Positions 52,175 to 62,431 of a DNA stretch of 64,000 bases are shown here, piece by piece; position 1 is the stretch's first letter; each line of letters opens with the position of its first letter. Under the pieces are notes generated by a model. It saw nothing but the letters and a program-made list of their open reading frames with translations, was not told the DNA's origin and did not search any database. The stretch comes from an uncultured Chthonomonadaceae bacterium (GTDB lineage: Bacteria > Armatimonadota > Chthonomonadetes > Chthonomonadales > Chthonomonadaceae), in NCBI GenBank assembly GCA_963835065.1, contig CAWIEK010000060.1:96001-160000 (forward strand). The letters are read 5' to 3'. A program made the position numbers and the translations under genes.

Positions 52175-53479
52175 ACGCCTCGCCCTTGCCTGCTTCCACT
52201 GCGGCGGCTCCCAAAAACAACATCAAAACCATTCTGTTCTTCGACCATACCGCCAGTTTGGGCGGGGGCGAAGTCGCCCTGCTCAATCTGGTGCAGGGGC
52301 TGGATCGGACTCGCTATCGCCCGCTCGTGATTTTGGGTTCTGAAGGAAGGCTGCAAGCCAAACTGACGGAAGCGGGCGTGGAAACTCAGATTTTGCCGAT
52401 TTCCGCCGAAGTGGTGGAAACGCGCAAGGACACGCTGGGGGCGGGCAGCCTGCTGCGCCTGCGGGCTATAACACAGTCCGCCACGTATGCCGCGAAACTG
52501 GCGCGGCTTATTCGGCGCGAAAACGCCGCGCTGGTACACACCAATTCCCTCAAAGCCGACATTATCGGGGGCATGGCGGCACGAATGGCGCGCGTTCCCG
52601 TAATATGGCATGTGCGCGACCGCATCGAAACAGATTACCTGCCCCGCCCCGTCGTGATGCTGTTTCGCAGATTGTGCCGATTCGTGCCGAACTATATCAT
52701 CGCCAATTCCACCGCCACGCTCCAAACGCTGCATTTGCCGTCCAACCGTTCCGCTTCGACTGTGTACAGCGGCGTGGCTGCCGAGCGCGGGCGCGTGGTG
52801 CATGACGGCGTGGCTCCCGAAGCCTTTTCCCACGAAGCGGCAGCGACTTCCGACAGCCCGGTTATCGGCTTGATCGGGCGTATCAGTCCGTGGAAAGGGC
52901 AGCATATCTTTGTGGAAATGGCCGCGCAGGTGCATGCCCGCTTTCCCAATGCCCGCTTCCAGGTTTGCGGTTCGCCCCTGTTCGGCGAGGAAGCGTATGA
53001 AGCCCAGGTGCGCGCGCAGGTGCGGCAATTGGGACTGGAAACCTGCGTGGAGTTTTTGGGCTTCCGCTCGGATGTGTACCAGCGTGATTCAGAACATGGA
53101 TATTGTCGTGCATGCGTCCACAACGGGGGAACCGTTCGGGCAGGTGATTGTGGAAGGCATGGCGGCGGGAAAGCCCGTCGTGGCGACCCGGGGCGGCGGC
53201 GTCCCGGAAATCGTGGAAGACGGCGTGACCGGGCGACTGGTTCCCATGAACGACGTTCCCCAAATGGCCGCCGCCGTTCTTGATTTGCTTTCCAATCCGC
53301 AGGCTGCGCGAGCAATGGGGCAGGCCGGCTACCGGCGCGTTCAGGAGCAGTTCACCATCGAACACAGCATCCGGCGCGTGGAAAGCATTTATGACAGCAT
53401 CCTGGGAAGGGATCGGGGTCAGGGTTCAGGGGTCAGGATTAGTTGCGCCTCCTTCCGCATCTTCCTTACAAGGGCGTGA
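52171..53479 (+). CDS. Glycosyltransferase family 4; frameshift at ~53080
   Basis: GGGEVAL, HTNSLKA and GRISPWKGQ, then EPFGQVIVEGMAAG. Confidence 0.87.
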
Positions 53480-53526
53480 TGAAGAAGACGTTTTTCCTGA
53501 TCCCTGACCCCTGAATCCTGACCCCT
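53409..53526. repeat. Inverted heptamer tandem repeat (GGGTCAG)n...(CTGACCC)n
   Basis: About four units on each arm; overlaps the GT 3' end. Confidence 0.8.
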
Positions 53527-53539
53527 TCTTGAAAAGACT

Positions 53540-54448
53540 ATGCCGCAAATAACCGTTGGTTTCAAAACCGATGTCGGGCGCGTTCGCACTCAAAATCAAG
53601 ACAGTCTCGCGGTTGTGTCCGCTGAAGAATTGGGCGGGCGGGCGCAGGGGTTGTTTATCGTTGCCGATGGCGTCGGCGGCAATCGCAAGGGTGGCGAGGT
53701 AGCCAGCCGCATTGCCGTAGACACCATCACAGATGCTGTGCGCTCGTCCCTGACAGCCGCCGATACGCTCCCCGTCGCCGAACTGGAAGCGCTTCTTCAT
53801 GCAAGCCTGAAAGCCGCTAATGCTGCCGTATGGCAGCAGGCGCACCGCGTGTACGAACAGCATGGCATGGGAACGACGTGCGTACTGGCGCTGCTGCGGG
53901 ATGCGGATTTGATTGTCGGCAATGTCGGCGACAGCCGCTGCTACCTGCTGCGCAAGGGACGGCTGGATCAATTAACGCACGACCACGCCTTTTTAGACTT
54001 GGGGCGGGGTTCGCGCCGTTCCGAAGGCGAAGCCGGAAATCATATGCAGTTTCGTCACATCATGACGCGCGCTATCGGGTATGCCAGCGTTGTGGAGCCG
54101 GAAGTGGAACCGTTTTGCCTGCGGGAAGGGGATGCTATCCTGCTGTGCAGCGATGGCTTGACGCGGATGCTTGACCATGCCGAAATTACAAACCTGATGA
54201 CAGCCGGCGCCATGCCGCAGGAAATCTGCAAGCGCCTGGTGGCGGCGGCCAACGCCAAAGGCGGCGACGACAATATTACCGCCATTGTAATCCATTATGG
54301 AGCCGTTACTCCACCCGCGCCCACTCCGGTCAGCCCCGGCAGCGCCACACCCCAAAGTGAAAGCAACGCCGACAACAGCGTTTCTGCGGAAACGCCGACA
54401 CGTTCGTGGCGGCGGAAACTGCATCGCCTGCTGAAACGCCAACACTAA
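53540..54448 (+). CDS. PP2C/Stp1-type Ser/Thr protein phosphatase
   Basis: TDVGRVR..NQD, VADGVGG, MGTT, NVGDSRCY, LLCSDGL and GGDDNIT. Confidence 0.95.
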   Translation: MPQITVGFKTDVGRVRTQNQDSLAVVSAEELGGRAQGLFIVADGVGGNRKGGEVASRIAVDTITDAVRSSLTAADTLPVAELEALLHASLKAANAAVWQQAHRVYEQHGMGTTCVLALLRDADLIVGNVGDSRCYLLRKGRLDQLTHDHAFLDLGRGSRRSEGEAGNHMQFRHIMTRAIGYASVVEPEVEPFCLREGDAILLCSDGLTRMLDHAEITNLMTAGAMPQEICKRLVAAANAKGGDDNITAIVIHYGAVTPPAPTPVSPGSATPQSESNADNSVSAETPTRSWRRKLHRLLKRQH

Positions 54449-54548
54449 AACCTTAAAACGTCTCTCCTACCGGTATAACTGCCAGCATAATTTAGCCACG
54501 CATATTTTTTTATGAAAAAGTTGGCGAATAGCGTGATTTTGCGGGCAC

Positions 54549-54565
54549 TTGGCACAAATTATGCA
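54549..54565 (+). promoter_or_regulatory. Sigma54 (-24/-12) promoter of the PEP-CTERM gene
   Basis: TTGGCACAAATTATGCA, GG-N10-GC, about 95 bp before ATG 54660. Confidence 0.75.
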
Positions 54566-54659
54566 ATACTTAAGTATGTCAGGCAAACCAAGTGTTTCGT
54601 TCAGCATTTTGTTCCAAGCCCGCGCGCTTTTCTCTCGCTACCTTAAAGGAGACCTTTTT

Positions 54660-55550
54660 ATGATCCGTCACGTTCGACATTTGTTCACCGGCCTTGCTTT
54701 AGCTGCCGGGCTTTCTTGTTCCGTATTCGCGTCCGCACAAACCATTTATGTCGCGGGCGGCCCCATCAGCGCAGCCGCAACGCCAGGCGTTCTCGGAACC
54801 ATCAATCCCATTACAGGCGTATTCTCCCTGATTGGCACCACCAGCACCGAGCTGACCGGCATTGCCTTCTCCCCTATCACCGGCGTTCTGTACGGGGTGA
54901 GCGCGGATGCAACCACGCTTTACACAGTGAACGCCGCGACAGGCGCGCTGACTACTGTTGGCGCGACAGGGTTGGGAACGGGCACCTTCGATATCGCCGA
55001 TGGGCTTGCTTTCCGTTCCGATGGCACACTGTTCCTGGCGGACGCTACCGGCGCGGGGGGATCGGCGAGCAACCTGTATACGGTGAGTACAACGACGGGC
55101 GCGGCCTCTGTCGTTGGCGCTATCGGCAACCAGTCTTCGGCCACCATCGGCTTCGACGGCAGCGGCAACCTGTTTGAGATCAACAACCAGGTTACGCCTA
55201 ATACCCTTGTGTCCCTGAACCAGTCCACCGGCGCGGGAACCACTGTCGGCAGCGTTCCCTTCCGGGACATCAGCGGCCTGGCCTTCTCGAACGGAATCCT
55301 TTTTGGTTTCACCGACACCAACCAATCCGGCGCGAACACTACAAACTCGGTTGTCGCAGTGAACACAACGACAGCCGGGGCCACGTTCATCAGTTCGTAT
55401 AATCTGGGCAACGGCAACGTTATCACTGCGGCCACGCCGTTTCAGGGCGCGGCGGTTCCCGAACCCTCCACGCTTGCCCTGCTGATGGGCATGGGCGTGA
55501 CCGGCACGGGCGTGTTCCTGCGCCGCAAGCGCGCCACTGCGTCCGCGTAA
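54660..55550 (+). CDS. PEP-CTERM sorting-domain protein (Thr/Gly-rich beta-propeller-like repeats)
   Basis: AAAGGAG RBS; signal peptide ...VFASA|Q; repeats LYTVNxxTGAxTxVG; VPEPSTLALL-TM-RRKR. Confidence 0.95.
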   Translation: MIRHVRHLFTGLALAAGLSCSVFASAQTIYVAGGPISAAATPGVLGTINPITGVFSLIGTTSTELTGIAFSPITGVLYGVSADATTLYTVNAATGALTTVGATGLGTGTFDIADGLAFRSDGTLFLADATGAGGSASNLYTVSTTTGAASVVGAIGNQSSATIGFDGSGNLFEINNQVTPNTLVSLNQSTGAGTTVGSVPFRDISGLAFSNGILFGFTDTNQSGANTTNSVVAVNTTTAGATFISSYNLGNGNVITAATPFQGAAVPEPSTLALLMGMGVTGTGVFLRRKRATASA

Positions 55551-55591
55551 GCGGTAACGCGATGTCTCGCGCGGCGTTACGCCACTTCGAC

Positions 55592-55633
55592 AGTCACAGG
55601 CCGATAGCACCTCGCGGCCTGTGACTATTTCTT
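55592..55633 (+). terminator. Intrinsic terminator after the PEP-CTERM gene
   Basis: 12-bp stem AGTCACAGGCCG/CGGCCTGTGACT followed by ATTTCTT. Confidence 0.7.
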
Positions 55634-55669
55634 GCCGCGCCGTAATCTATCCATAAACTGATAAGTATC

Positions 55670-56566
55670 ATGGCTGTTGCTGAGAAGGAAACTGCAAATA
55701 CGTCGGCGCGGCCCGGCAATTGGCGCGCTGCGCAGGCATGGCGCGGCGATCCTTCCTGCTGGCTGCTGGCAGGCGCGCTGATTGCGCTGTACGCGCCCGT
55801 ATTTGTGGAAACGGCGCATATCTGGCTCGTAGACGCCTACTCCGCGCACGGCTTTTTGATCCCCTTCCTAACCGGCTTGCTCATCTGGTGGCGCAGGCAG
55901 GAACTTGCCGATGCGCCGCGAAGTTGCAATCGTTGGGGGTTCGCGCTGCTGGCAGGCGGGTTGCTGCTGGAAACGGCAGCCTGGTACGCCCGTATTCGCG
56001 TGTTCGCCATGCTGTCGCTGGTTCCCGTTCTGCTGGGCGCGTCGCTGCTGTTGGGCGGTTCGCGCATCACGCGCATACTGCTGTTTCCCCTGCTGTTTTT
56101 GGGGTTTGCGGCTCCCCTGCCTACCTGGCTGGTGCAGCCGGTCAGTTTTCCCATTCAAAACATCTCCTGCCGCGCCGCAAGCTGGAGTGTGCAGCAGACG
56201 GGCGTTCCCATCTCGCAGGAGGGGTTCACCATCGGCCTGTCCAATGGAAGTTCGCTGGAAGTGGCCGAGGAGTGCAGCGGCTTCAAGAAAACGCTGACGA
56301 TAACCGTGTTCGCCTGCTTTTACGCTTCGCTGTTTGCCATTCCGCTGTGGAAGCAGGGCGCGCTCGTGCTGCTGGCGATGCCGCTTGCGATTGTGGCAAA
56401 TATCGCGCGGGTGTCGGGCTTGATTTTAACCGCGAACGCCTGGGGCATACGCGGCGTTCACTGGCTGCATGATATTGCCGATCCCTTTGTGGTCGTGCTG
56501 TGTTTCGGATTGCTGCTGTGGGCCGGGAGAGTGCTGGGATGCCGAAAATTGCGTTACTCCGTATAG
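55670..56566 (+). CDS. Exosortase (EpsH family)
   Basis: AHGFLIP; catalytic Cys in VAEECSG, Arg in ANIARV and His in LHD; multi-TM. Confidence 0.95.
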   Translation: MAVAEKETANTSARPGNWRAAQAWRGDPSCWLLAGALIALYAPVFVETAHIWLVDAYSAHGFLIPFLTGLLIWWRRQELADAPRSCNRWGFALLAGGLLLETAAWYARIRVFAMLSLVPVLLGASLLLGGSRITRILLFPLLFLGFAAPLPTWLVQPVSFPIQNISCRAASWSVQQTGVPISQEGFTIGLSNGSSLEVAEECSGFKKTLTITVFACFYASLFAIPLWKQGALVLLAMPLAIVANIARVSGLILTANAWGIRGVHWLHDIADPFVVVLCFGLLLWAGRVLGCRKLRYSV

Positions 56567-57201
56567 CCATTTCCGGCCTGCTGCTGCTGGCCTGCCTGGT
56601 CAATCACGCGACTTCCCGGCTGCCCATCCCTCAATTGCGCCTGGTTCCGATTGACCGCCTGCCGCGCCAGATAGGCAATTGGACGTGTACGCAGGACTTG
56701 CCGATTGAGGCCAAAGTGCGCGCGGTGCTGCCGGACGCCGCCTTTTTGTCCCGCGCGTACCGCGACCCGCAGGGACGAACGGCGCAATTGTTTCTGGAAA
56801 CTTCGCAGGACGCGCAGATGTTTCATTCGCCGACGCAGTGCATGCCCGCGCAAAACTGGAACATTCTGGACACGCGCCGGGTAGACATACAGCCTGCCGC
56901 TTTGGGCGAAAGCGGACAAAAGATCGCTTCTGCCCAAAACGAACCGAGCGCCGGGGCAACCGAAATGGATATGCAGAGCGCGGGGCAAAATATGCTTTTG
57001 CTCTACTGGTACACCAGTGAGCGCCAACTGGACAAGTGGCAGGCGTTAAAAACAAAATTGCTGTCCGGGCGCCCTCCCACCCGTCTGTTTGTCCGCATTC
57101 TGGTTCCCGCGTCCGCAGACTTCGGGCCATCCGCGCAAACCGCGCGAGATTTCGCCCAGGCGCTGCTGCCGACTATCACCGAACTGGCAAATGCAGGGTG
57201 A
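56539..57201 (+). CDS. epsI: Exosortase-associated EpsI-family protein
   Basis: LPRQIGNW, RAYRDP, HSPTQCMPAQNW and LYWY; overlaps the exosortase stop. Confidence 0.88.
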   Translation: MPKIALLRIAISGLLLLACLVNHATSRLPIPQLRLVPIDRLPRQIGNWTCTQDLPIEAKVRAVLPDAAFLSRAYRDPQGRTAQLFLETSQDAQMFHSPTQCMPAQNWNILDTRRVDIQPAALGESGQKIASAQNEPSAGATEMDMQSAGQNMLLLYWYTSERQLDKWQALKTKLLSGRPPTRLFVRILVPASADFGPSAQTARDFAQALLPTITELANAG

Positions 57202-57408
57202 GGTTAAAAGTAAACATGACAGGATTACCGGAAATCAGGGAAAACCGGTAGTTCTGGCGTGGGCAAACAGGAAAATCCCGACGGGAATCCCTACCGATTT
57301 TAAGCAGATTGTGATATTATGTAACTGTTGTCAGTCGGCGGCTTACGCGCCAGGCTGCCGGCTTTGAGAATGGCGCTTACGCAGCCTTGCGAAAGATAAA
57401 ACCGAAGT

Positions 57409-58479
57409 ATGGAATCGTCTGAAATCCCCGCTTCCTCGCCGTCCAAACCGGGCGCGCTTCCCCCAATGGGCGGATGGCTTGCGCCGGTTGATGAGGGAGA
57501 CTATTACGAAGAGGAAATCGTTGTTGCGCCCCCCGCGTCCCCCAAAGCCAGGCGAAAACTGGCGCTGATGCTGATTGTGACCCTGCTTGCGGGGGCGGCG
57601 ATTGGCGCGCTGGTGACGCGGCAAAGATACAAGGGCAAGCAGGTGGTTGCGTCCGTCAACGGCGTGGTCATTGCGGAGCCGTACTTCTTCCATCGCATGG
57701 AAATGGAAATCGGCAACGGCACCCTGCGCAAAATCGTCGCGGATGAATTGCAGCTTCAGTATGCGCGTAAACTGGGCGTGTACCCCTCCGACCAAGAGGT
57801 GCTTGCCCGCTACAAGCAGATGAGCGAGCAGCCGAATTTCGGGCAGTACCTTGCGTCCACGCACCAGGTTCCTGATGATATTTTGCACACGATTCGGGTC
57901 ACGCTTGCCGCCGATGGCCTCGTCACCAAAGGCGCGGCGGTCAGCGATGAGGAAGTTCGGGCGTACTACAATCGCGAGTCCGACAAAAACAATCCGCAGG
58001 CGCGTTACTACACGCCCAAAACAGTGATCATTGCAGTCATCAAAACACGTTCGCAGGCGCAGATAAATCTGGCGGCGGCGGAACTGGCGAAGAATGTGGA
58101 GTTTGCCAAAGTCGCCGCCAAATACAGCGAGGATGGCAGCCGGCAGTCGGGCGGAACGCTTCCTCCCGTTCCCTATGGCCGCACTCCCGCCACGCGGGTT
58201 ACGGGCGCGCAGGACGCGGTTTTCGGACTGCAAATCGGCGAACAATTGGGGCCGAAGCAAATAGCCGGTTACTGGTGGATCATTCGCTGCCTGGACAAAA
58301 AGCCCGAAGTTCTCCGGCCTTTTGAGGAAGTCAAGGACGAGTGCCGCCACAACCTCTTGATTGCCAAAGGGCTGCCCGCCAACGGCGATAAAGTGCGCGA
58401 CGGCTATCGCCAGTTCACGCAGGACGCCACCATCCGCGCCTTCTGGCCGGAATACAAACACGTCATCGGGGCGAAGTAG
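57409..58479 (+). CDS. Parvulin-type peptidyl-prolyl isomerase / SurA-PrsA-like foldase (EpsD-like)
   Basis: TM anchor, VASVNGVVI, FAKVAAKYSEDGSRQSGG and PFEEVK. Confidence 0.85.
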   Translation: MESSEIPASSPSKPGALPPMGGWLAPVDEGDYYEEEIVVAPPASPKARRKLALMLIVTLLAGAAIGALVTRQRYKGKQVVASVNGVVIAEPYFFHRMEMEIGNGTLRKIVADELQLQYARKLGVYPSDQEVLARYKQMSEQPNFGQYLASTHQVPDDILHTIRVTLAADGLVTKGAAVSDEEVRAYYNRESDKNNPQARYYTPKTVIIAVIKTRSQAQINLAAAELAKNVEFAKVAAKYSEDGSRQSGGTLPPVPYGRTPATRVTGAQDAVFGLQIGEQLGPKQIAGYWWIIRCLDKKPEVLRPFEEVKDECRHNLLIAKGLPANGDKVRDGYRQFTQDATIRAFWPEYKHVIGAK

Positions 58480-58485
58480 TTTGTC

Positions 58486-58570
58486 GGTGTTCAGGTGTTC
58501 GGTATTCAGGTATTCAGGACAAATGCAAGTCTTTCCAGAACACCCGAATACCTGAACACCTGAACACCGT
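58486..58570. repeat. Inverted octamer tandem repeat (GGTRTTCA)n...(TGAAYACC)n
   Basis: About four units on each arm, in the intergenic gap. Confidence 0.85.
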
Positions 58571-58594
58571 TCCCTACAAGGTTTAAGCAACATA

Positions 58595-60829
58595 ATGTCG
58601 GAAGACTTTTCCACGCAATCTTCAGAAATATCGCTGCGCGATTACGCGGATTTGCTGCGGCGGCGCAAGTACATCGTTCTGCAAACGTTTGTGCTGGTCA
58701 TCATGGTGGGAACCATTGTGACGTACCTGACCAAGCCCACGTACCGCACCATCGCGCGCATTCTGGTGGAAGGCCGCGAGTTCACCCTCGCGCAGTACAA
58801 CACCTCAGATCCCCTGAGTACCCTCTTCATGCCGGATGCGGGGCACGATATTTCCACGCAGATCGAAGTGCTGCAAAGCGCGCGGGTGATGAGCGATGCG
58901 TTTCAATCCGCCGGGGTGTCGCCTGCCGATGTGCATGTGGACATCAAGCAAGTCGGCAATACGGACGTGATCGAGATCGTCACCGAGTCCAACAAGGCCG
59001 AGTACGCCGAGCGCATGGCCCGCGTCCTGCCCACCGTGTATAAAAACTACATGGCGGGCAATCGCAAAACCGAAGTGGTCACGGCTCTTTCCTCGTCGCG
59101 GGACCGATTAAACGAAGAAAAGCAGAAACTGAGCCAGGCGGAATACGCCATACAAAAGTTCAAGCAGAAAACCCATCTGCCGGACGTAGCCCTGGATAAA
59201 ACGTCGCGTATCGGCGAAGCGAACTCGACGGAAAGCGAAGCCAAGCGCGCGCAGGCAGACGTTGCTTCAGCCGCCGCCCGTTTGAATACCCTGCAGGCTG
59301 ACCGCAAGCGCCAGCCGGACTTTATAGACACGCCGACGACGGTTTCCAACAACGCCGCCCTGCAAACCGCCAAAGACCAGCTTTCTCAATTGCGTAATGA
59401 GCGCGTTCGCCTGCTTGCCGGTTACAAGCCGGGAACCTTTGAAATCAATCAGGTAGACACGCAGATCGCGCAGGCCGAGCAGCGTCTCAATGATACGCCG
59501 CCAACCGTCACCAGCGTTTCCCACGCGCCCAACCCGATTTTGAGCAGCTACGACCAGAAGGTTTCCGAAGCGCAGGCGACCCTCAACGCGGCGCAGGCGC
59601 AATTGGACAAAGCGCAGAGCCATGCGACCGAAGCCACCGCCAAGCTTGGCAAGTTCAGTACGCTGGATCGGCAGCAGGCGGAATTGCAGCGCAATCTGGA
59701 AGAGCATCAGGCCAATGTCAAGACCCTGACGACAACCGTGCAGATGCTGGATTTGCGCGACAAAGCCACGCACGATCCGCTCATGACCATCACGCCCGCC
59801 GGTCCCGCGTTTCAAGTCGCGCCCCGCCCGGTTATCAACATGATCTATTCCGCTGTCGTGGGATTGATTCTGGCGTTGGGACTGGCGCTGCTGCAGGAAT
59901 TCATGGATGACCGCGTGAATTCGCCCGACGATGCGCGGCGGATGCTGGATACGCCGGTTCTGGGCTATGTGCCGTTAATTGAAAAAGAGGAAGGGCGGCT
60001 GCTCAGTCAAACGCGCAGTAACGGCGCGATTCTGGAAAGCTACCGCGTGGTGCGCTCCAACGTGCAGTTCGCCACGCTTGGCTCGCAGGTCTGTTCGCTC
60101 CTTGTCACCAGCACGGTTCCCGGCGAAGGCAAGTCCGTGACGGCCACCAACCTGGCGATTGCGATGGCATTGGACGGCAAAAAGGTGATTCTTGTGGACG
60201 CCGATCTGCGCCGCTCTACCGTGCATCAAAAGTTCGACATTCCGCAATCCCCCGGCCTGACCAATGTGCTTATCGGGCGCACGTCCCTGGAAGCCGCCCT
60301 GCGCGATACGGAATTTCCCGGCCTGCGGCTACTGACTGCCGGCCCACAGCCGCCCAACCCGGCGGAACTGCTCAACTCGGAGCCGATGCAGCGTCTGCAC
60401 GAGCGGCTTAAAGAATACGCCGACGTGGTGATTTACGACAGCCCGCCGTGTCTGGCGACTGCCGATGCGCAGGTCTTGTCGGCTTCGGTAGACGGCGTGA
60501 TGTACGTGATCCAACTGGGCGAAACCAAAAAATCCGGCGTCCGCCACGCGATGGAACTGCTGAACCAGGCACACGCCAATGTGCTGGGCGTGATCTTCAA
60601 CAAGGTTCGCGCTAATGGCAAGCAATCCGGCTACTATGATTACTACGGCTATTACGGGTATTATGGAAGCGTGTATGGCGAGGACGGTTCGCGCAAGCGC
60701 GTGAGTTCCGAATTTGAAGCCCTGCTTGCCGACAGCGACGAAGAACCCCGCGAACCGGCAGCAGCCATTTTGCCCCCGGCGGAAACGCGCCCGACCCAGA
60801 GCCGAAGCGGAAAGCGAAAGGAAGACTGA
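58595..60829 (+). CDS. wzc: Wzc-family co-polymerase / BY kinase, copy 2
   Basis: Paralogue of 20323: VTSTVPGEGKS, VDADLRR, IYDSPP and YYDYYGYYGYY. Confidence 0.95.
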   Translation: MSEDFSTQSSEISLRDYADLLRRRKYIVLQTFVLVIMVGTIVTYLTKPTYRTIARILVEGREFTLAQYNTSDPLSTLFMPDAGHDISTQIEVLQSARVMSDAFQSAGVSPADVHVDIKQVGNTDVIEIVTESNKAEYAERMARVLPTVYKNYMAGNRKTEVVTALSSSRDRLNEEKQKLSQAEYAIQKFKQKTHLPDVALDKTSRIGEANSTESEAKRAQADVASAAARLNTLQADRKRQPDFIDTPTTVSNNAALQTAKDQLSQLRNERVRLLAGYKPGTFEINQVDTQIAQAEQRLNDTPPTVTSVSHAPNPILSSYDQKVSEAQATLNAAQAQLDKAQSHATEATAKLGKFSTLDRQQAELQRNLEEHQANVKTLTTTVQMLDLRDKATHDPLMTITPAGPAFQVAPRPVINMIYSAVVGLILALGLALLQEFMDDRVNSPDDARRMLDTPVLGYVPLIEKEEGRLLSQTRSNGAILESYRVVRSNVQFATLGSQVCSLLVTSTVPGEGKSVTATNLAIAMALDGKKVILVDADLRRSTVHQKFDIPQSPGLTNVLIGRTSLEAALRDTEFPGLRLLTAGPQPPNPAELLNSEPMQRLHERLKEYADVVIYDSPPCLATADAQVLSASVDGVMYVIQLGETKKSGVRHAMELLNQAHANVLGVIFNKVRANGKQSGYYDYYGYYGYYGSVYGEDGSRKRVSSEFEALLADSDEEPREPAAAILPPAETRPTQSRSGKRKED

Positions 60830-60830
60830 C

Positions 60831-62213
60831 ATGCCTGCTTGCCATCGCGCAGGGACGCTTGCCCTGCTTGTAACCGGTCTCTCGCTTTCGCTGCTGCCGC
60901 GCCCGTCGGTTGCGCAGACAGCCCCTACGCAAAAAACAGAACCAAAAACCGCGCAGGCGGACGCGCCCAAACAAACCCAGGCCGGAACGCCGCAAACAGC
61001 GTCAAAGGCGACGGACAAACAAACTCCATCTGCCAACAATGCGAATAATACAGGCGCGAAGGATGCGGGAGCAACTGTAAAAGATACAGCAACCGCCGCG
61101 AAGAACAACAGCGCCACGCCTACCGACCCTGCGGAATACGTTTTGGGAGCGGACGACGTAATTGAATTGAACGTCAGCCACCATCCCGACTTGAACCGGC
61201 AAATGACCATTCTGCCGGACGGCAAAATCACCCTGCCCGATCAGGGCGATTTTCAGGCGTCCGGCAAAACGCGGCGCGAACTGGCGGCGGAAATTCAAAC
61301 CGCCTACGAGAAAACGCTTAATAACGCCAGCGTGACCATTATCGTGCGGGAAGTGCGCTCGCGCAAAGTGGGCGTGACCGGGGCCGTGCATGCGTCCGGC
61401 AATTTTGACCTGAAACAAAACTGGCGCTTGATGGACTTGATCGCGTCTGCGGGCGGATTGACCGCCAAGCCCAACCGCATCAAAGGCCGCCTGCTGCGCA
61501 ATTTGAAGACTATAACGCTCGATGTGGAGCGGGCTAACGCCAAGCCGGACGATGACAGCGCGAATGTGGTATTGCAGGCGGGCGATATTGTGCTGCTCGA
61601 CGACCTGCCGCCCCTGCGCGATGAAGTGTCCGTTTTGGGGCAAATCGCGCATATCGGCACGTTTCCCCTGGACGACCAGACCACGCTGATTACCTTGATT
61701 ACGCAGGCGGGCGGACCGACGGAACGCGCCGCGCTGACCAAAGCCTATGTGCGCCGGGGCAACGCGCAAATTCCGCTCAACCTGCGTCCCTCCTTAGCGC
61801 TGAATCAACAGGACGAAACCATCACCAATTTCAAGCTGAAAGCCGGCGACGTACTGGTGATTCCCGAAATCGAAAAGCGCTACGCTGTAATGGGCCAGGT
61901 CGCGCATCCAAGCTATTATCCCATTCCCGAAAAGGGTCCGGTGAACGTTTTTGAAGCGTTCAACTTCGCGGGCGGGCAGTTGCCGTCCGGCGACCTGTCC
62001 AAAGCGGGCATCATCCGCATGGTGGACGGCAAGCCGACCGTAATCCCGGTCAACATGAACAACATCCTGAAAAAGCCGGAAACGGCCATGAATTTGACCT
62101 TGCAGCCCGAAGACGTCTTAGTGGTTCCACTGCGCGGTCAGCGCGGATTAACGATTCAGGACGCGCTTTCGCCGCTCTCAATTTTAAGTCTATTCGGCCT
62201 TCGATTTTTCTAA
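60831..62213 (+). CDS. wza: Wza/OPX export protein with SLBB repeats, copy 2
   Basis: YVLGADDVIEL..ILPDGKI, three SLBB repeats, a low-complexity N-terminal linker and C-terminal QDALSPLSILSLFGLRFF. Confidence 0.92.
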   Translation: MPACHRAGTLALLVTGLSLSLLPRPSVAQTAPTQKTEPKTAQADAPKQTQAGTPQTASKATDKQTPSANNANNTGAKDAGATVKDTATAAKNNSATPTDPAEYVLGADDVIELNVSHHPDLNRQMTILPDGKITLPDQGDFQASGKTRRELAAEIQTAYEKTLNNASVTIIVREVRSRKVGVTGAVHASGNFDLKQNWRLMDLIASAGGLTAKPNRIKGRLLRNLKTITLDVERANAKPDDDSANVVLQAGDIVLLDDLPPLRDEVSVLGQIAHIGTFPLDDQTTLITLITQAGGPTERAALTKAYVRRGNAQIPLNLRPSLALNQQDETITNFKLKAGDVLVIPEIEKRYAVMGQVAHPSYYPIPEKGPVNVFEAFNFAGGQLPSGDLSKAGIIRMVDGKPTVIPVNMNNILKKPETAMNLTLQPEDVLVVPLRGQRGLTIQDALSPLSILSLFGLRFF

Positions 62214-62333
62214 AATTTTAAGGGACGCAGGTATCGGACTTATCCCTTACCACTTATCCCTTATCCCTCTTCGGGATTGTCTCCGGCGCAACACCCCGAA
62301 GGATGTAACAAGCCGGAACACTGTTCTGTGTAG

Positions 62334-62407
62334 GTTGGCGGATGCGCGAGGCACCGCTGACATCGTTCCTATTTGCAGGAAGATTCGGATGCGCGAGGCA
62401 CCGGATC
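62334..62407 (+). ncRNA. Candidate cis-regulatory tandem-hairpin RNA, copy 2
   Basis: GTTGGCGG-ATGCGCGAGGCA-CCGCTGAC (62334-62361) and GATTCGG-ATGCGCGAGGCA-CCGGATC (62382-62407). Confidence 0.7.
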
Positions 62408-62431
62408 GGACGCAACGGAAAGGACACGGTT

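Noticed and set aside
31190..53100. Phase variation or programmed frameshifting in GT genes
   Set aside because: The shifts are not at long homopolymers or slippery sites, and similar indels occur in unrelated genes (WD40, SWIM), which favours sequencing error.
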